From positions 58,192 through 122,191 of the forward strand of contig CAWEWF010000003.1 of assembly GCA_963812605.1 (NCBI GenBank): a stretch of DNA of 64,000 nucleotides, read 5' to 3'. A program made the translations under genes and the position numbers. Positions 54,724 to 64,000 of the stretch are shown in pieces. The notes beneath the pieces were generated by a model. It was given only the letters and a program-made list of their open reading frames with translations. It was not told the DNA's origin and ran no database searches. This stretch comes from an uncultured Verrucomicrobiae bacterium. Its GTDB lineage: Bacteria; Verrucomicrobiota; Verrucomicrobiia; Palsa-1439. The first letter of the stretch is position 1. Every line of letters starts with the position of its first letter.

Positions 54724-55887
54724 ATGGCCATTCCGCTTGCATACAACCTGCGCAGTTTACGCGTGCGCTGGCACTCGACGCTCGCCACCATGCTCGGCAT
54801 CGCGTTGGTCGTCCTTGTGTTCATCCTCGTCCGCGCGCTCGCGCACGGAATCGAGTCCACGTACATCAACACCGGCGATGAACGTAACTTGATCATCCTG
54901 CGCAAAGGTTCGACCGCCGAATCCAGCAGCCAGATCAGCCGCGAGGAGGCGCGGCGCGTCAAGTACCTCGATGGCATAGCGCGCAATGGGCGCGGCGAAC
55001 CGCTCGCCTCGGCGGAAATCATCGTGTTGATCCTGCTGGATCGAATCAACGGCAGCGGGAGCGCCAACGTATTGGTGCGCGGCGTAAGCCCGGTAGCGCT
55101 GGAATTGCGTCCGCAGATCAAAATCACCGAAGGACGGATGTTGCAGCCGGGATTGCACGAATGCCTGGTGAGCCGCCGCATTGCCGACCGCTTTGCCCAT
55201 TGCCGCGTGGGTGAAAGCTTCCAGTCGGGCCGGATCACCTGGCATGTCGTCGGGATTTTCGATGCGCAACGGACCGCCTACGAATCAGAGATTTGGGTCG
55301 ATGCGGACGAAGCCCGCTCGTCGTTTAAGCGCGATTTTTACGGCTCCGTGTTGATCCGTCCCGTGGACAGCGCGGCCGCGGAACGGGTGGAACAACGCAT
55401 CCTGACGGACAAATTGTTAAGCCTCAAGGTCGTGTCCGAAACCGACTATTACCGCGAGCAAACGCAGTCGGCCGGGTTGTTTCGTTTCCTGGCCACATTC
55501 CTGGCGGTCATCATGAGCGTCGGCGCGGCCTTCGCGGCGATGAACACCATGTACGCGGCGGTTGGCGCGCGCACGCGTGAGATCGGGACACTGCGCGTAC
55601 TGGGTTTCCGGCGCAGCCAGATTTACGCGTCGTTCCTGCTGGAGTCGGTTGTGTTGGCGCTGCTGGGAGGTCTGCTGGGTTGCGTGATCTCCCTGCCGAT
55701 CAACCTCCTGTCATCGGGGACATTCAGCCAGACGACGTTTGCGGAGGTGGCCTTTCAATTTCGCGTCACCCCATCGATGATGCTCAAGGGGATCGCGTTT
55801 GCCCTGGTGACGGGCGTGCTCGGCGGGCTGTTGCCGGCGCGTCTCGCCGCGCGAAAACCCGTGCTTGACGCACTGCGCGCGGTCTGA
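54724..55887 (+). CDS. ABC transporter permease (MacB/FtsX-like)
   Basis: NTMYAAVGARTREIGTLRVLGF; PARLAARKPVLDALR. Confidence 0.92.
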   Translation: MAIPLAYNLRSLRVRWHSTLATMLGIALVVLVFILVRALAHGIESTYINTGDERNLIILRKGSTAESSSQISREEARRVKYLDGIARNGRGEPLASAEIIVLILLDRINGSGSANVLVRGVSPVALELRPQIKITEGRMLQPGLHECLVSRRIADRFAHCRVGESFQSGRITWHVVGIFDAQRTAYESEIWVDADEARSSFKRDFYGSVLIRPVDSAAAERVEQRILTDKLLSLKVVSETDYYREQTQSAGLFRFLATFLAVIMSVGAAFAAMNTMYAAVGARTREIGTLRVLGFRRSQIYASFLLESVVLALLGGLLGCVISLPINLLSSGTFSQTTFAEVAFQFRVTPSMMLKGIAFALVTGVLGGLLPARLAARKPVLDALRAV

Positions 55888-55915
55888 CGATGATAAGAAG
55901 CGGAGTTACGGGAAC

Positions 55916-56914
55916 ATGAGCGAAGCGACCAACGAACCGTTGTCGAGGTTGCACATCGATGCGGCGAAAAAGACCCGCCGTCGCGGCGGGCCGAAGATCC
56001 TGCTGGCGATCGTGGCGCTTGTCTTTTTGGTTGCCGTGGCGGTTTTCCTGGCCATGCGCAAGGGCGGTGGAGAAGTTATTTCGTCGAAGCAATCCGTCGC
56101 AACGGCAACCGCCGCGGGAGCAGCAACCGCCGCGACGACTGGGATGGCCACTCCCACGGCGCCGCCCAAAGCCGGCGAACCCGTGCTGACGGTTAGCGGT
56201 TACGTTGTCCCGCGCGAACGCATCGAGATCAGCCCGAAGTTTATGGGAACAGTCAAATGGATCGGCGTGAAAAAAGGCGATGAGGTGAAGAAGAATGACG
56301 TGATCGTGCTGTTGGAGGATGACGAATATCGCGCTCGCGTGATGGAAGGCGAAGGCCGCCTCGCGTTGGCGGAAGCCAACCTGACCAACGCCGAAGTCAA
56401 TCTTCAGCGACAACTTGAATTGTCCCGTCATGATGTGGACAGCGCTCGCGCCCTGGACGATGCGCAACGCGTCCGCGACGGTGGAGTGGCGGAGGTGAAG
56501 ACGGCGCGCGGTCAACTCGCGCTGGCGCAGACCTACCTGGATTGGTGCACCATTCACGCGCCAATCAATGGGACAATCCTGGAGAAGCTCGTGAACCCGA
56601 ACGAAATCGTGGTTCCGCAAAGTTTCGGCGGGGGGAATGGCCCCAGTACGGCATTCCTGGCGATGGCGGACCTGACCGATTTGCAGGTGGAGATCGACCT
56701 GAACGAAGCCGATACGCCGAAAGTGCACATGAAACAGCGCTGCCGCATCAGTCCCGAGGCGTATCCGGACAAGAAGTACGGAGGTTACGTCGCGGAGATC
56801 GCGCCGGAGGCGAACCGCTCGAAGGGCACGCTACAAATCAAGGTACAGGTCGAAAACCCCGACCACTTCCTGACGCCGGAACTGACGGCCAAAGTGGATT
56901 TTCTGGCGGATTGA
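55916..56914 (+). CDS. Efflux periplasmic adaptor (MacA-like membrane fusion protein)
   Basis: TM anchor, VSGYVV, VKKGDEVKK, TIHAPINGTI, IAPEANRSKGT. Confidence 0.92.
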   Translation: MSEATNEPLSRLHIDAAKKTRRRGGPKILLAIVALVFLVAVAVFLAMRKGGGEVISSKQSVATATAAGAATAATTGMATPTAPPKAGEPVLTVSGYVVPRERIEISPKFMGTVKWIGVKKGDEVKKNDVIVLLEDDEYRARVMEGEGRLALAEANLTNAEVNLQRQLELSRHDVDSARALDDAQRVRDGGVAEVKTARGQLALAQTYLDWCTIHAPINGTILEKLVNPNEIVVPQSFGGGNGPSTAFLAMADLTDLQVEIDLNEADTPKVHMKQRCRISPEAYPDKKYGGYVAEIAPEANRSKGTLQIKVQVENPDHFLTPELTAKVDFLAD

Positions 56915-56919
56915 TTTTT

Positions 56920-57147
56920 ATGACTGAGATCCGACGCCAACCGGTCAGTTCGAGCGACATCGCTTCCATCGGCTACGATGGCGCGGCGGAAACGCTCGAG
57001 ATCGAGTTCAAGGCCACGGGCATTTACCGTTATTTCTCCGTGCCGAAAACGGTCGCCGAAGATCTCCAACGCACGCCGTCGCCCGGAAAGTTCTTTCTCC
57101 AGCATATCAAGGGCAAGTACGCCTGGGAAAAAGTGTCCGGCCGATGA
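56920..57147 (+). CDS. KTSC-domain protein
   Basis: VSSSDIASIGYD..LEIEF..YRYFSVP..SPGKFF..IKGKY. Confidence 0.9.
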   Translation: MTEIRRQPVSSSDIASIGYDGAAETLEIEFKATGIYRYFSVPKTVAEDLQRTPSPGKFFLQHIKGKYAWEKVSGR

Positions 57148-57159
57148 GGCGACGATGGC

Positions 57160-57624
57160 TCAGTTCCAATAACCCATCAATGTCTTCGGTAGGGTCAGAG
57201 GCCGAACATCGCAGTCGGGAAAAAAGGTAGAGTAGAATTGATCGTCGCTGAGTTGCGCCTTGTCGACACCCACAATTATGCCGTCTAGACGGATTCGGAC
57301 GGTGTATTGTTCCTTGAAAAACTCAAGACGAAACGTGGAGGACCCATCCTTGTAAGCCAGGCATTTGACAGTGGCCTTGTCCGTGTAGGTGAACGGCACA
57401 ACAGTTTCACCAGAGGTGTTCGATGGCAATCGGATCTTGCTGATCAGTTTGAACCGACCAACTTCAATGTGGGGATACTGCTTCTGCAGATGCGCCAAAG
57501 CCTTTCCTTCAAGTTCATTGATGGCCTTGGAATCAACATTGCTACCGGTGTTCGTTTCGTCCGCGAAGCCAGCCACAGCAGGCAAGATCACGATCAAAGC
57601 GATTGGCAGCCAAGCACGCCGCAT
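57160..57624 (-). CDS. Hypothetical exported protein
   Basis: Signal peptide MRRAWLPIALIVILPAVAGFA; more AT-rich than its neighbours. Confidence 0.65.
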   Translation of the reverse strand: MRRAWLPIALIVILPAVAGFADETNTGSNVDSKAINELEGKALAHLQKQYPHIEVGRFKLISKIRLPSNTSGETVVPFTYTDKATVKCLAYKDGSSTFRLEFFKEQYTVRIRLDGIIVGVDKAQLSDDQFYSTFFPDCDVRPLTLPKTLMGYWN

Positions 57625-57712
57625 GGTGCAAAGAATGTAATTCTGTCGGGTGGAGAAAGCAACGCCCGAATCGCGCAGGGCGAATCGGGCGTTCCAGTTG
57701 CGTCGTTTGGCT

Positions 57713-58324
57713 CTACTTCGTCTTGTCGAACCGCGCGGCGACTTCGTCCCAGTTGACGACGTTCCACCAGGCGTCGATGTAGTTCTTGCGGACGTTCTGG
57801 TACTTCAAGTAGTACGCATGCTCCCACACGTCCACGCCCAGGAGCGGCACATCGCCTTCCATGAGCGGACTGTCCTGGTTCGCAGTGGAGTACGCTTTCA
57901 GCTTCTTGTCCTTGGTGACAACCAGCCACGACCAACCGCTGCCGAAGCGCGTCATGCCGTTGCCGGTGATCGTCTCCTTGAATTTGGCAAACTCGCCGAA
58001 CGCCCCCTTGATCGCTTCGGCCAGCGCGCCCTTGGGTTCGCCGCCGCCGCCCTTCTTCATGATCGTCCAGAAAAGGCTGTGGTTGTGATGGCCGCCGCCG
58101 TTGTTGCGCACGGCGCCGCGGATGTCTTCGGGCACGCTACTGATGCCGCGCAACAGGTCTTCGAGGCTTTTTGCGTGCAAATCGGCGTGCTTGTCGAGCG
58201 CGGCATTCAGGTTCGTGACATAAGCCTGATGATGCTTCGTATAATGGATCTCCATCGTGCGCGCGTCGATGTGTGGTTCGAGTGCATCGTATGAATAAGG
58301 CAGTTTCGGTAGTTCTTGCGCCAT
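57713..58324 (-). CDS. sodA: Fe/Mn superoxide dismutase
   Basis: [35 protein letters not shown]. Confidence 0.96.
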   Translation of the reverse strand: MAQELPKLPYSYDALEPHIDARTMEIHYTKHHQAYVTNLNAALDKHADLHAKSLEDLLRGISSVPEDIRGAVRNNGGGHHNHSLFWTIMKKGGGGEPKGALAEAIKGAFGEFAKFKETITGNGMTRFGSGWSWLVVTKDKKLKAYSTANQDSPLMEGDVPLLGVDVWEHAYYLKYQNVRKNYIDAWWNVVNWDEVAARFDKTK

Positions 58325-58428
58325 GGTCAGATTCCTTTCGTGAATTTCAGTTCAACCCTTGAGAAAAACCAACGCCGTTTCATCGTAGCGCGTGAAGGAG
58401 GACGTGTCAAACCGCCCGCACAAAGATT

Positions 58429-58812
58429 TTGTCAAAGCCGTCCGCGCAGTCTAAGCTGGCAGTTGTGAGCAGCCGCAGGATTTTACTGGCGCGCGTGGAG
58501 GAATTGCCGCCGGGCACGACGAAGAAGTTCGCGTTCGACGCGAATGGAAAAAGGACGGAGGCCTTCGTGGCGAATTTCCGGGGGGAACTGGTCGCGTTTG
58601 TGAATCGGTGCGTACACCTGCCGATCTCCCTGGACCTCGACGACAACGATTTCTTTACGTGCGATGGAAATTTGTTCGTGTGCAAGACCCACGGGTCGGT
58701 GTATGACCCCCGCGCAGGGAAATGCGTCGGCGGCCCGGGGCAGGGGAAATCACTGGAACGTCTGCCGCTCGTCGTGGACGCGGGCGCAATTTATCTGGAC
58801 TGGAAGGAATGA
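58429..58812 (+). CDS. Rieske 2Fe-2S ferredoxin-like protein
   Basis: NRCVH..VCKTHGSVYD..GKCVGGP. Confidence 0.9.
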   Translation: MSKPSAQSKLAVVSSRRILLARVEELPPGTTKKFAFDANGKRTEAFVANFRGELVAFVNRCVHLPISLDLDDNDFFTCDGNLFVCKTHGSVYDPRAGKCVGGPGQGKSLERLPLVVDAGAIYLDWKE

Positions 58813-59591
58813 GTCCCGTTCTCGGGATCCCGCCGGCGCGGGACCGGCTGGTTTAGCGGGCGGCCTTTCTCGTACCAATGTTCGCAGTACTGCTTGCTGC
58901 GAATTTTTTTCTGCAGGCCAAAAGTGAACCCGACCAGCTTGGCGATCATCGTGAACAGCGGCGTCTGGTCGATCTTGCGCGTGGAGGTGATGATCCAGCC
59001 TTTTTTGATCAGCTCAAATTTCTGTCCGCGAGGCGTGCCGATCTTCTTCAGATCGTAGGCGAGCTGCACGTCCTCGGCGGCGAAAATCGTTTCATCGAAC
59101 CCGCCGAACGAGTCAAAGTCGGCTTTGCGGCAATGCATCATCCCCACGCCGACGCCGCTGCCGCGGACATAAATCCCCCAGAGGAAATAAAAAAAACTGA
59201 TCTTGAAGTTGCGGCGCTCCGGCTCAATCCACGTGCCGCCGCCGGCGATCTTCGGGTCTTCGAGATGGTCGTGAATCAGGACCAGAAGATTCTCGGTGAC
59301 CTGGTTGTCGGCGTCGCAAAATGCGATGTATCGGCCGCGCGCGGCCTTCACGCCCGCGTTCCGCGCTTTGCCGATGTTGTTGACCGGCTCAAGGACCACC
59401 TGCGCGCCATGCTCGCGGGCGACGGCCCCCGTGCGGTCTTGGCTGTTATTATCAACCGCGATGATTTCCGCCGTGCAGCCCCGCTCGCGCTCATACACCT
59501 GCGCGGCGCGCCGCAGCGAATCGATGGCGCGCCCGATGTATTTCTCCTCGTTCCACGCGGGAACGATCACGGAGAGCGTGGGCTGGCTCAT
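58791..59591 (-). CDS. Glycosyltransferase family 2
   Basis: SVIVPAWNEE, VDNNSQD, ARNAG, FCDAD, GGFDE..AED. Confidence 0.92.
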   Translation of the reverse strand: MSQPTLSVIVPAWNEEKYIGRAIDSLRRAAQVYERERGCTAEIIAVDNNSQDRTGAVAREHGAQVVLEPVNNIGKARNAGVKAARGRYIAFCDADNQVTENLLVLIHDHLEDPKIAGGGTWIEPERRNFKISFFYFLWGIYVRGSGVGVGMMHCRKADFDSFGGFDETIFAAEDVQLAYDLKKIGTPRGQKFELIKKGWIITSTRKIDQTPLFTMIAKLVGFTFGLQKKIRSKQYCEHWYEKGRPLNQPVPRRRDPENGTHSFQSR

Positions 59592-59761
59592 GTGCCTTGT
59601 GGCTTCTCGGCCTCGTCGATCAGCATGACGGGAATGCCGTCGCGGATCGGATAGCGCAGGCCGCATTGCGGGTTGGTGCAGATGATTTTGTCGCCTTCGA
59701 GTTTCACGTCGGCCTTGCATTGGGGGCAGGCCAGGATTTCCAGCAGCTCTTTATCGATCAT
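59588..59761 (-). CDS. Trm112/YcaR-family protein
   Basis: Manual translation MIDKELLEILACPQCKADVKLEGDKIICTNPQCGLRYPIRDGIPVMLIDEA; too short for the ORF track. Confidence 0.9.
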   Translation of the reverse strand: MIDKELLEILACPQCKADVKLEGDKIICTNPQCGLRYPIRDGIPVMLIDEAEKPQGT

Positions 59762-59779
59762 GCTATGTTCTCCGCTGAT

Positions 59780-59845
59780 TGTAGCGGCGGTCTATGACCG
59801 CCGTTGTCACCGCAAACTTCTCGGCGCTCATAGAGCGCCGCCACA
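59780..59845. repeat. REP doublet (GTAG type)
   Basis: TGTAGCGGCGGTCTATGACCGCCG ... CGGCGCTCATAGAGCGCCGCCACA; overlaps the larC stop. Confidence 0.8.
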
Positions 59846-61048
59846 GCGAACTGCTTCGTCGCAAACTTCCTTCACGCTTACGTTAAACCTGGCCGCGGCC
59901 TGTTTGCACGCTTCAAATTCTGGTGATCGCGAGACGATTCTGCCACGAAGTCGTCCGACTTTCACTTCAATCTCGCCAAATCGGGTCTTCACCTTCACGA
60001 TCTCGCGGGCCAATTTGCGCCGCTGCGCTTCATGTACGCGCACGCCAAAACTGGTCGTATGCGTCAATAATAGATCTGCCAGGCTGTCCACGGCTTTGCC
60101 CTCGCAGAGGACGGTCAGCAAGGTCCCGGGTCGGTTTTTCTTCATTTGCACGGGCGTCAGGAAAACATCCAGGGCGCCCGCCGTCAGCAAGCGTTCCATC
60201 ACGTCGCCGAACAACTGCGGGCTCATGTCGTCGATGTTCGTTTCGATAACGGTGACAACATCCATTTCTTCCGCCGCACCAGTCGTGGCAGTGGTTTCAC
60301 CCAAAACCGCCCGCAGCACATTGGGCGTTTTCTCGAGATCGCGCGTTCCCGCGCCGTACCCGATTTTCTCAATGCTCATCGCGGGCAGCGAGCCGAACCG
60401 CGTGCAAAATTCCGCCAGCAACGCCGCGCCCGTTGGCGTGACCAATTCAAAAGCCTCCTGCGACGGCTGGACGGGAACGCCCTTCAGCAACTCCAGCGTC
60501 GCGGGCGCGGGAACCGGGAAGCGTCCATGCGCCGTTTCCACGAACCCCGAACCGAGGTGCGGCGGGGACGCGTGGATCTCGTCCACGCCCAGCGATTCCA
60601 CCGCAATGCAAGCGCCCACGATGTCCACGATGGAATCCACCGCGCCGATCTCATGAAAGTGAATTTCCTCCAGCGAAATCCCGTGAATCTTTGCCTCCGC
60701 CTCGCCGATGCGGCGAAAGATGTGCAAGGCACGATCCTTCACGCGTTGTGACAGGTCGCTTTTTTCAATCATCCCCGCGATTTCCGTGTAGCCGCGATGC
60801 TCATGGACAACCGCATGGAGCATCGGTGAAGGCGAGCGAACCTCCGCATCTTCAAAAACCGTGATATCAAATTTCGTCGCCGAGATGTTTTGTTTCGTCA
60901 CACGGTGCAGTGAGATTCGATAATCGCGCAGGTGCAGCTTCTCCAACTCGGTCCGCAACACATCCTCCGACACACCCAAATCCAACAGAGCGCCAACAAA
61001 CATATCGCCGCTGATGCCCGCAAAACAATCGAGGTAGAGGAGTTTCAT
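59828..61048 (-). CDS. larC: Nickel pincer cofactor biosynthesis protein LarC
   Basis: DCFAGISGDM, HFHEIGAVDSIVD, PVPAPAT, TPTGAA, ETNIDD, MKKNRPG. Confidence 0.95.
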   Translation of the reverse strand: MKLLYLDCFAGISGDMFVGALLDLGVSEDVLRTELEKLHLRDYRISLHRVTKQNISATKFDITVFEDAEVRSPSPMLHAVVHEHRGYTEIAGMIEKSDLSQRVKDRALHIFRRIGEAEAKIHGISLEEIHFHEIGAVDSIVDIVGACIAVESLGVDEIHASPPHLGSGFVETAHGRFPVPAPATLELLKGVPVQPSQEAFELVTPTGAALLAEFCTRFGSLPAMSIEKIGYGAGTRDLEKTPNVLRAVLGETTATTGAAEEMDVVTVIETNIDDMSPQLFGDVMERLLTAGALDVFLTPVQMKKNRPGTLLTVLCEGKAVDSLADLLLTHTTSFGVRVHEAQRRKLAREIVKVKTRFGEIEVKVGRLRGRIVSRSPEFEACKQAAARFNVSVKEVCDEAVRCGGAL

Positions 61049-61056
61049 ACGCAGCG

Positions 61057-61527
61057 CTATCCAGTATCAAGAACAGACCAATCCTTCTCAATGATTTCAA
61101 TTACAATAATTTTGTTTTCTGGCAACACCTGGAGGATTTGCCCGCAAATTATTGCCCCAAACCAAACTGAATGAGGTCGCAAATCCTTATTGCCGGGATT
61201 CACGACCCGAAGATAGAAGCCGTCATTTGTTATCAAATCGTTCGTCGCTCCCGGTGGCGCTCCACCGCCGATGAAGGCCACACGCTCACCACGGTATGCG
61301 GTCACATCAAACTTCCTCGCGTCGTCACGACTGAGCGACGAAAGCTTGTGAATGATTTCCTTTCCCCGACGATAGTTGTCGAGCCAGCCTTGCTTCCCAG
61401 CAATGCCCTCGTTCACCCTCTCAATTTCGAGCTGCCCCTTTTGAGCAAATGCGAGAGAGCACGCAAGTGCGGTCAACGTTACGGAAGCAATCCAACCGCA
61501 ACAATTTGGTCGAGTGAGCGCTTTCAT
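61057..61527 (-). CDS. Hypothetical exported protein between larB and larC
   Basis: Signal-like N-terminus; tightly coupled to both neighbours. Confidence 0.6.
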   Translation of the reverse strand: MKALTRPNCCGWIASVTLTALACSLAFAQKGQLEIERVNEGIAGKQGWLDNYRRGKEIIHKLSSLSRDDARKFDVTAYRGERVAFIGGGAPPGATNDLITNDGFYLRVVNPGNKDLRPHSVWFGAIICGQILQVLPENKIIVIEIIEKDWSVLDTG

Positions 61528-62279
61528 TCTTCCCCCAACTGGTTGATCAAGCTTGCGGCGTAGCCGGCGCCGAAACCGTTGTTGATGTTGACAACCGTGA
61601 CGCCGCTGGCGCAGGAATTGAGCATGGCCAGGAGGGCGGCGATGCCGCCGAAGCTCGCGCCGTAACCGACAGAGGTGGGCACGGCGATGACCGGTTTATC
61701 CACGAGGCCGCCGACGACGCTGGGCAAGGCGCCTTCCATGCCGGCGACGACGATCAAGACGCTGGCTTCGAGCAGTTCCTCGTTCAGGGCGAGCAAGCGA
61801 TGGAGGCCGGCCACACCGACATCGTAATATCTCTTTACGCGATGGCCCATGATGTCAGCGGTGACAACTGCTTCTTCGGCAACGGGAATATCGGTTGTGC
61901 CTGCGCACAGAACGGCGATGGTGCCGCCGCGTTTTACCAGCGGTTTGCGCACGACCGTCACCGTGCGGGCCGCTTCGTGATACTTCGCCTTTGGGAAGAC
62001 ACTATTCAAAGCGCGAAATATTTCCTTCGAGCACCGCGTGGCCAACAGATTGTCGTTGTGGCGCAAGATGGCGCGCGCGATCTTCACGACCTGTGTCGTG
62101 GTCTTGCCCTCGCAGTAAATCACCTCGGGAAAACCTTTGCGAAGGGAGCGGTGTCCGTCCACCCGCGCGAAATCGAGATCGTGTATCGAGAGGGACTTCA
62201 GTTGTTTGAGCGCGGTTTCGGTCGGCACGCGGCCACTGCGCACATCGTGGAGCAACTTCCTGAGCCTCACTTCGTTCAT
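61524..62279 (-). CDS. larB: Nickel pincer cofactor biosynthesis protein LarB
   Basis: GFPEVIYCEGKT, AGTTDIPVAEEA, DVGVAGLHRL, AGMEGALPS, VPTSVGYG, NGFGAG. Confidence 0.95.
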   Translation of the reverse strand: MNEVRLRKLLHDVRSGRVPTETALKQLKSLSIHDLDFARVDGHRSLRKGFPEVIYCEGKTTTQVVKIARAILRHNDNLLATRCSKEIFRALNSVFPKAKYHEAARTVTVVRKPLVKRGGTIAVLCAGTTDIPVAEEAVVTADIMGHRVKRYYDVGVAGLHRLLALNEELLEASVLIVVAGMEGALPSVVGGLVDKPVIAVPTSVGYGASFGGIAALLAMLNSCASGVTVVNINNGFGAGYAASLINQLGEE

Positions 62280-63610
62280 GGCGTGACAACCCACGCGCGA
62301 AGCCCTTTCGCGCGTGATTCCAGCGGGGCGGCTTCTGCGCTCCGGTTCAGCGCATGGAGGACAACGGTGTAATTGTCGATGATCTGTAGCAACTGCGGGC
62401 TGTTGGGGCCGAGGGCGGCTTCCTTGATGGCGAGCGCCCGTTTCAACAATGGCGCGGCGTCGGCTGGGCGGCCCTCGGAAAAGTAAAGCGCGCCGAGATT
62501 ATTCAGATCCGTCCCGACATCGACGTGGTCGGAACCAAGAATCTTCTCATCGATCAACAATGCCCGCTTGTAGAGCGGCTCGGCCTGTTTGTATTTGCTT
62601 TCGCTGCGATAGACTTCCGCAAGATTGTTGAGACTGGAGGCCACCGTCAGGTGTTCTTTGCCGAAGTTTGCCTCGTCAAGGTCGAGTGCGCGCTTGAGCA
62701 AGGGTTCCGCCGCCGCGTATTTCTTTTCCTGGTAAAGCACGCGCCCCAGGTTGCTCAGGTCCCTGGCCAACTGCTGTTTATTCGCGGGGTGGCTTTTCTC
62801 GGTGATGGCGAGCGCCTGCGTGTAAGATTCCTCGGCCTTCGCGTAAGCGCGCAGGGAACTCTGCACCGAACCGAGCGCCCGCCACGTCGCTGCGAGGCTC
62901 GGATGATCCGGCCGCACCGTAATTTGCCAAATGCCCAGCGCCTGTATCAGCAGCTTTTCCGCCTCGACATTTTTTCCTTGGGCGGCCGCCAGCGCGCCGA
63001 GGTTGTTAAGCGTCGTGGCCGTGATCGGTCCATTTTTGGCGGGCGATTTCTCGCAAATCGCGAGCGCTTGCTGGTACAGCGGCTCGGCCACAGTCGGCTT
63101 TCCTTCCGCCCGGTAAACTCCCGCGAGGTTGTTCAGGTCGGTCGCCACGGCGAGGTCATTCGTGCCGAGGGCCTTCTCGTCGATCGCCAGCGCCTGTTTG
63201 TAAAGCTGCTCGGCATCGGGATAGCGGCGCAGGCTGTCGTAGAGCATCGCGAGGTTGTTAAGGTCGATGGCGACATCCGTATGCTCGTAGCCGAGCAACC
63301 GTTGGTCCATGGCCAGCGCCTGTTTCAGCAGGTTCTCGGCTTCCGTGTAGTTGCCCTGCGCGCGTTGATACTCGGCGAGATTGCTCATCGCGGTGGCGAC
63401 TTCGCGATGCGTGGCGCCGTACGTTTTTTCGGCAATCTTCAGTGCATCCTGCTCGACGCGGACGGCGTCGGCGTATTTCGCCTGTCGATAAAGGTCATTC
63501 GCCTGGGCGGTGAGCTTTTTCAGGTCGGCTTCCTGGGCGCGCGCTGAAAAAGCCGTGAGAACCAGCGCCAGCACCGTGGCAAGTCGCAAACGGAGATTCG
63601 TGGCGGACAT
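62276..63610 (-). CDS. Exported TPR protein (kinesin-light-chain-type repeats)
   Basis: Signal peptide, then repeated LNNLA..Y..AEPLYKRAL..EKILG..H units. Confidence 0.9.
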   Translation of the reverse strand: MSATNLRLRLATVLALVLTAFSARAQEADLKKLTAQANDLYRQAKYADAVRVEQDALKIAEKTYGATHREVATAMSNLAEYQRAQGNYTEAENLLKQALAMDQRLLGYEHTDVAIDLNNLAMLYDSLRRYPDAEQLYKQALAIDEKALGTNDLAVATDLNNLAGVYRAEGKPTVAEPLYQQALAICEKSPAKNGPITATTLNNLGALAAAQGKNVEAEKLLIQALGIWQITVRPDHPSLAATWRALGSVQSSLRAYAKAEESYTQALAITEKSHPANKQQLARDLSNLGRVLYQEKKYAAAEPLLKRALDLDEANFGKEHLTVASSLNNLAEVYRSESKYKQAEPLYKRALLIDEKILGSDHVDVGTDLNNLGALYFSEGRPADAAPLLKRALAIKEAALGPNSPQLLQIIDNYTVVLHALNRSAEAAPLESRAKGLRAWVVTP

Positions 63611-63761
63611 GGGACGTATGCTAGCAGACCAAGCCGAAACACCGCAACTGTGTTCGACGGGGCGCGCGGGAAGGGTGTTATAATTCACCACGAAGGCGCG
63701 AAGGGCATGAAGAGTGGGGAACGTCTGTCCTAGGTACTGCGTCAGTTTCAAAATCCAGCGC

Positions 63762-63830
63762 TGTAGCGGCGCTCTATGAGCGCCGTCCGGCCTTGTAATC
63801 CCATGGCGACGGTCACAGACCGCCGCTACA
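63762..63830. repeat. REP doublet (GTAG type)
   Basis: TGTAGCGGCGCTCTATGAGCGCCG ... CGACGGTCACAGACCGCCGCTACA. Confidence 0.8.
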
Positions 63831-64000
63831 GTTTCCAAACTGATGCACTACCCAGTCCTGAGGTGTAATGGCAACCCGATAAAAACGTTGTTGCGGTAAA
63901 ACTCCGGCGAAATCGATCAGGGTCATCGGACCGCGGACGGGGTGTTTAAGATGATATTGGCACCCACAATGTTCGCACTATTTGATTGGTTCGATAGGGT

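Overview
GC-rich bacterial chromosome segment. PEP-CTERM sorting signals, TN-rich secreted proteins and the omega-subunit type suggest a PVC-group (Verrucomicrobia-like) host; this is an inference. Left flank: squalene-hopene cyclase (partial) and a Rad3/XPD-like Fe-S helicase with an N-terminal PD-(D/E)XK domain. About 4.5-32.5 kb is an accessory, apparently integrated element with dense frameshifts. It carries a large serine recombinase with a divergent HTH gene and a palindromic operator, an archaeal-type NMN adenylyltransferase-like gene beside a MarR regulator, an XRE module, a VirD4/HerA-like ATPase with a C-terminal nuclease-like domain, a type I R-M methylase with an ATPase+HNH pair (cut by a deletion junction), a nested inverted-repeat region, a Rep-like wHTH gene with iterons, an AT-rich tract and a DnaA box, a divergent HTH/coiled-coil gene carrying 10-bp phased DNA repeats, and a secreted-protein/RHS toxin-immunity cluster. 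Right flank (32.7-64 kb) is mostly housekeeping: tRNA-Leu(CAG), nucleoside kinase, adenosine deaminase, yjjG with a duplicated 5' end flanking an rpoZ-like gene, a ParE-type TA pair, an SDR, two PEP-CTERM putative proteases, a MacAB-like ABC exporter, KTSC, SOD, Rieske, GT2, Trm112, larC/larB, TPR proteins and many GTAG-type REP palindromes. All family calls come from motif recognition by eye; no database searches were run.
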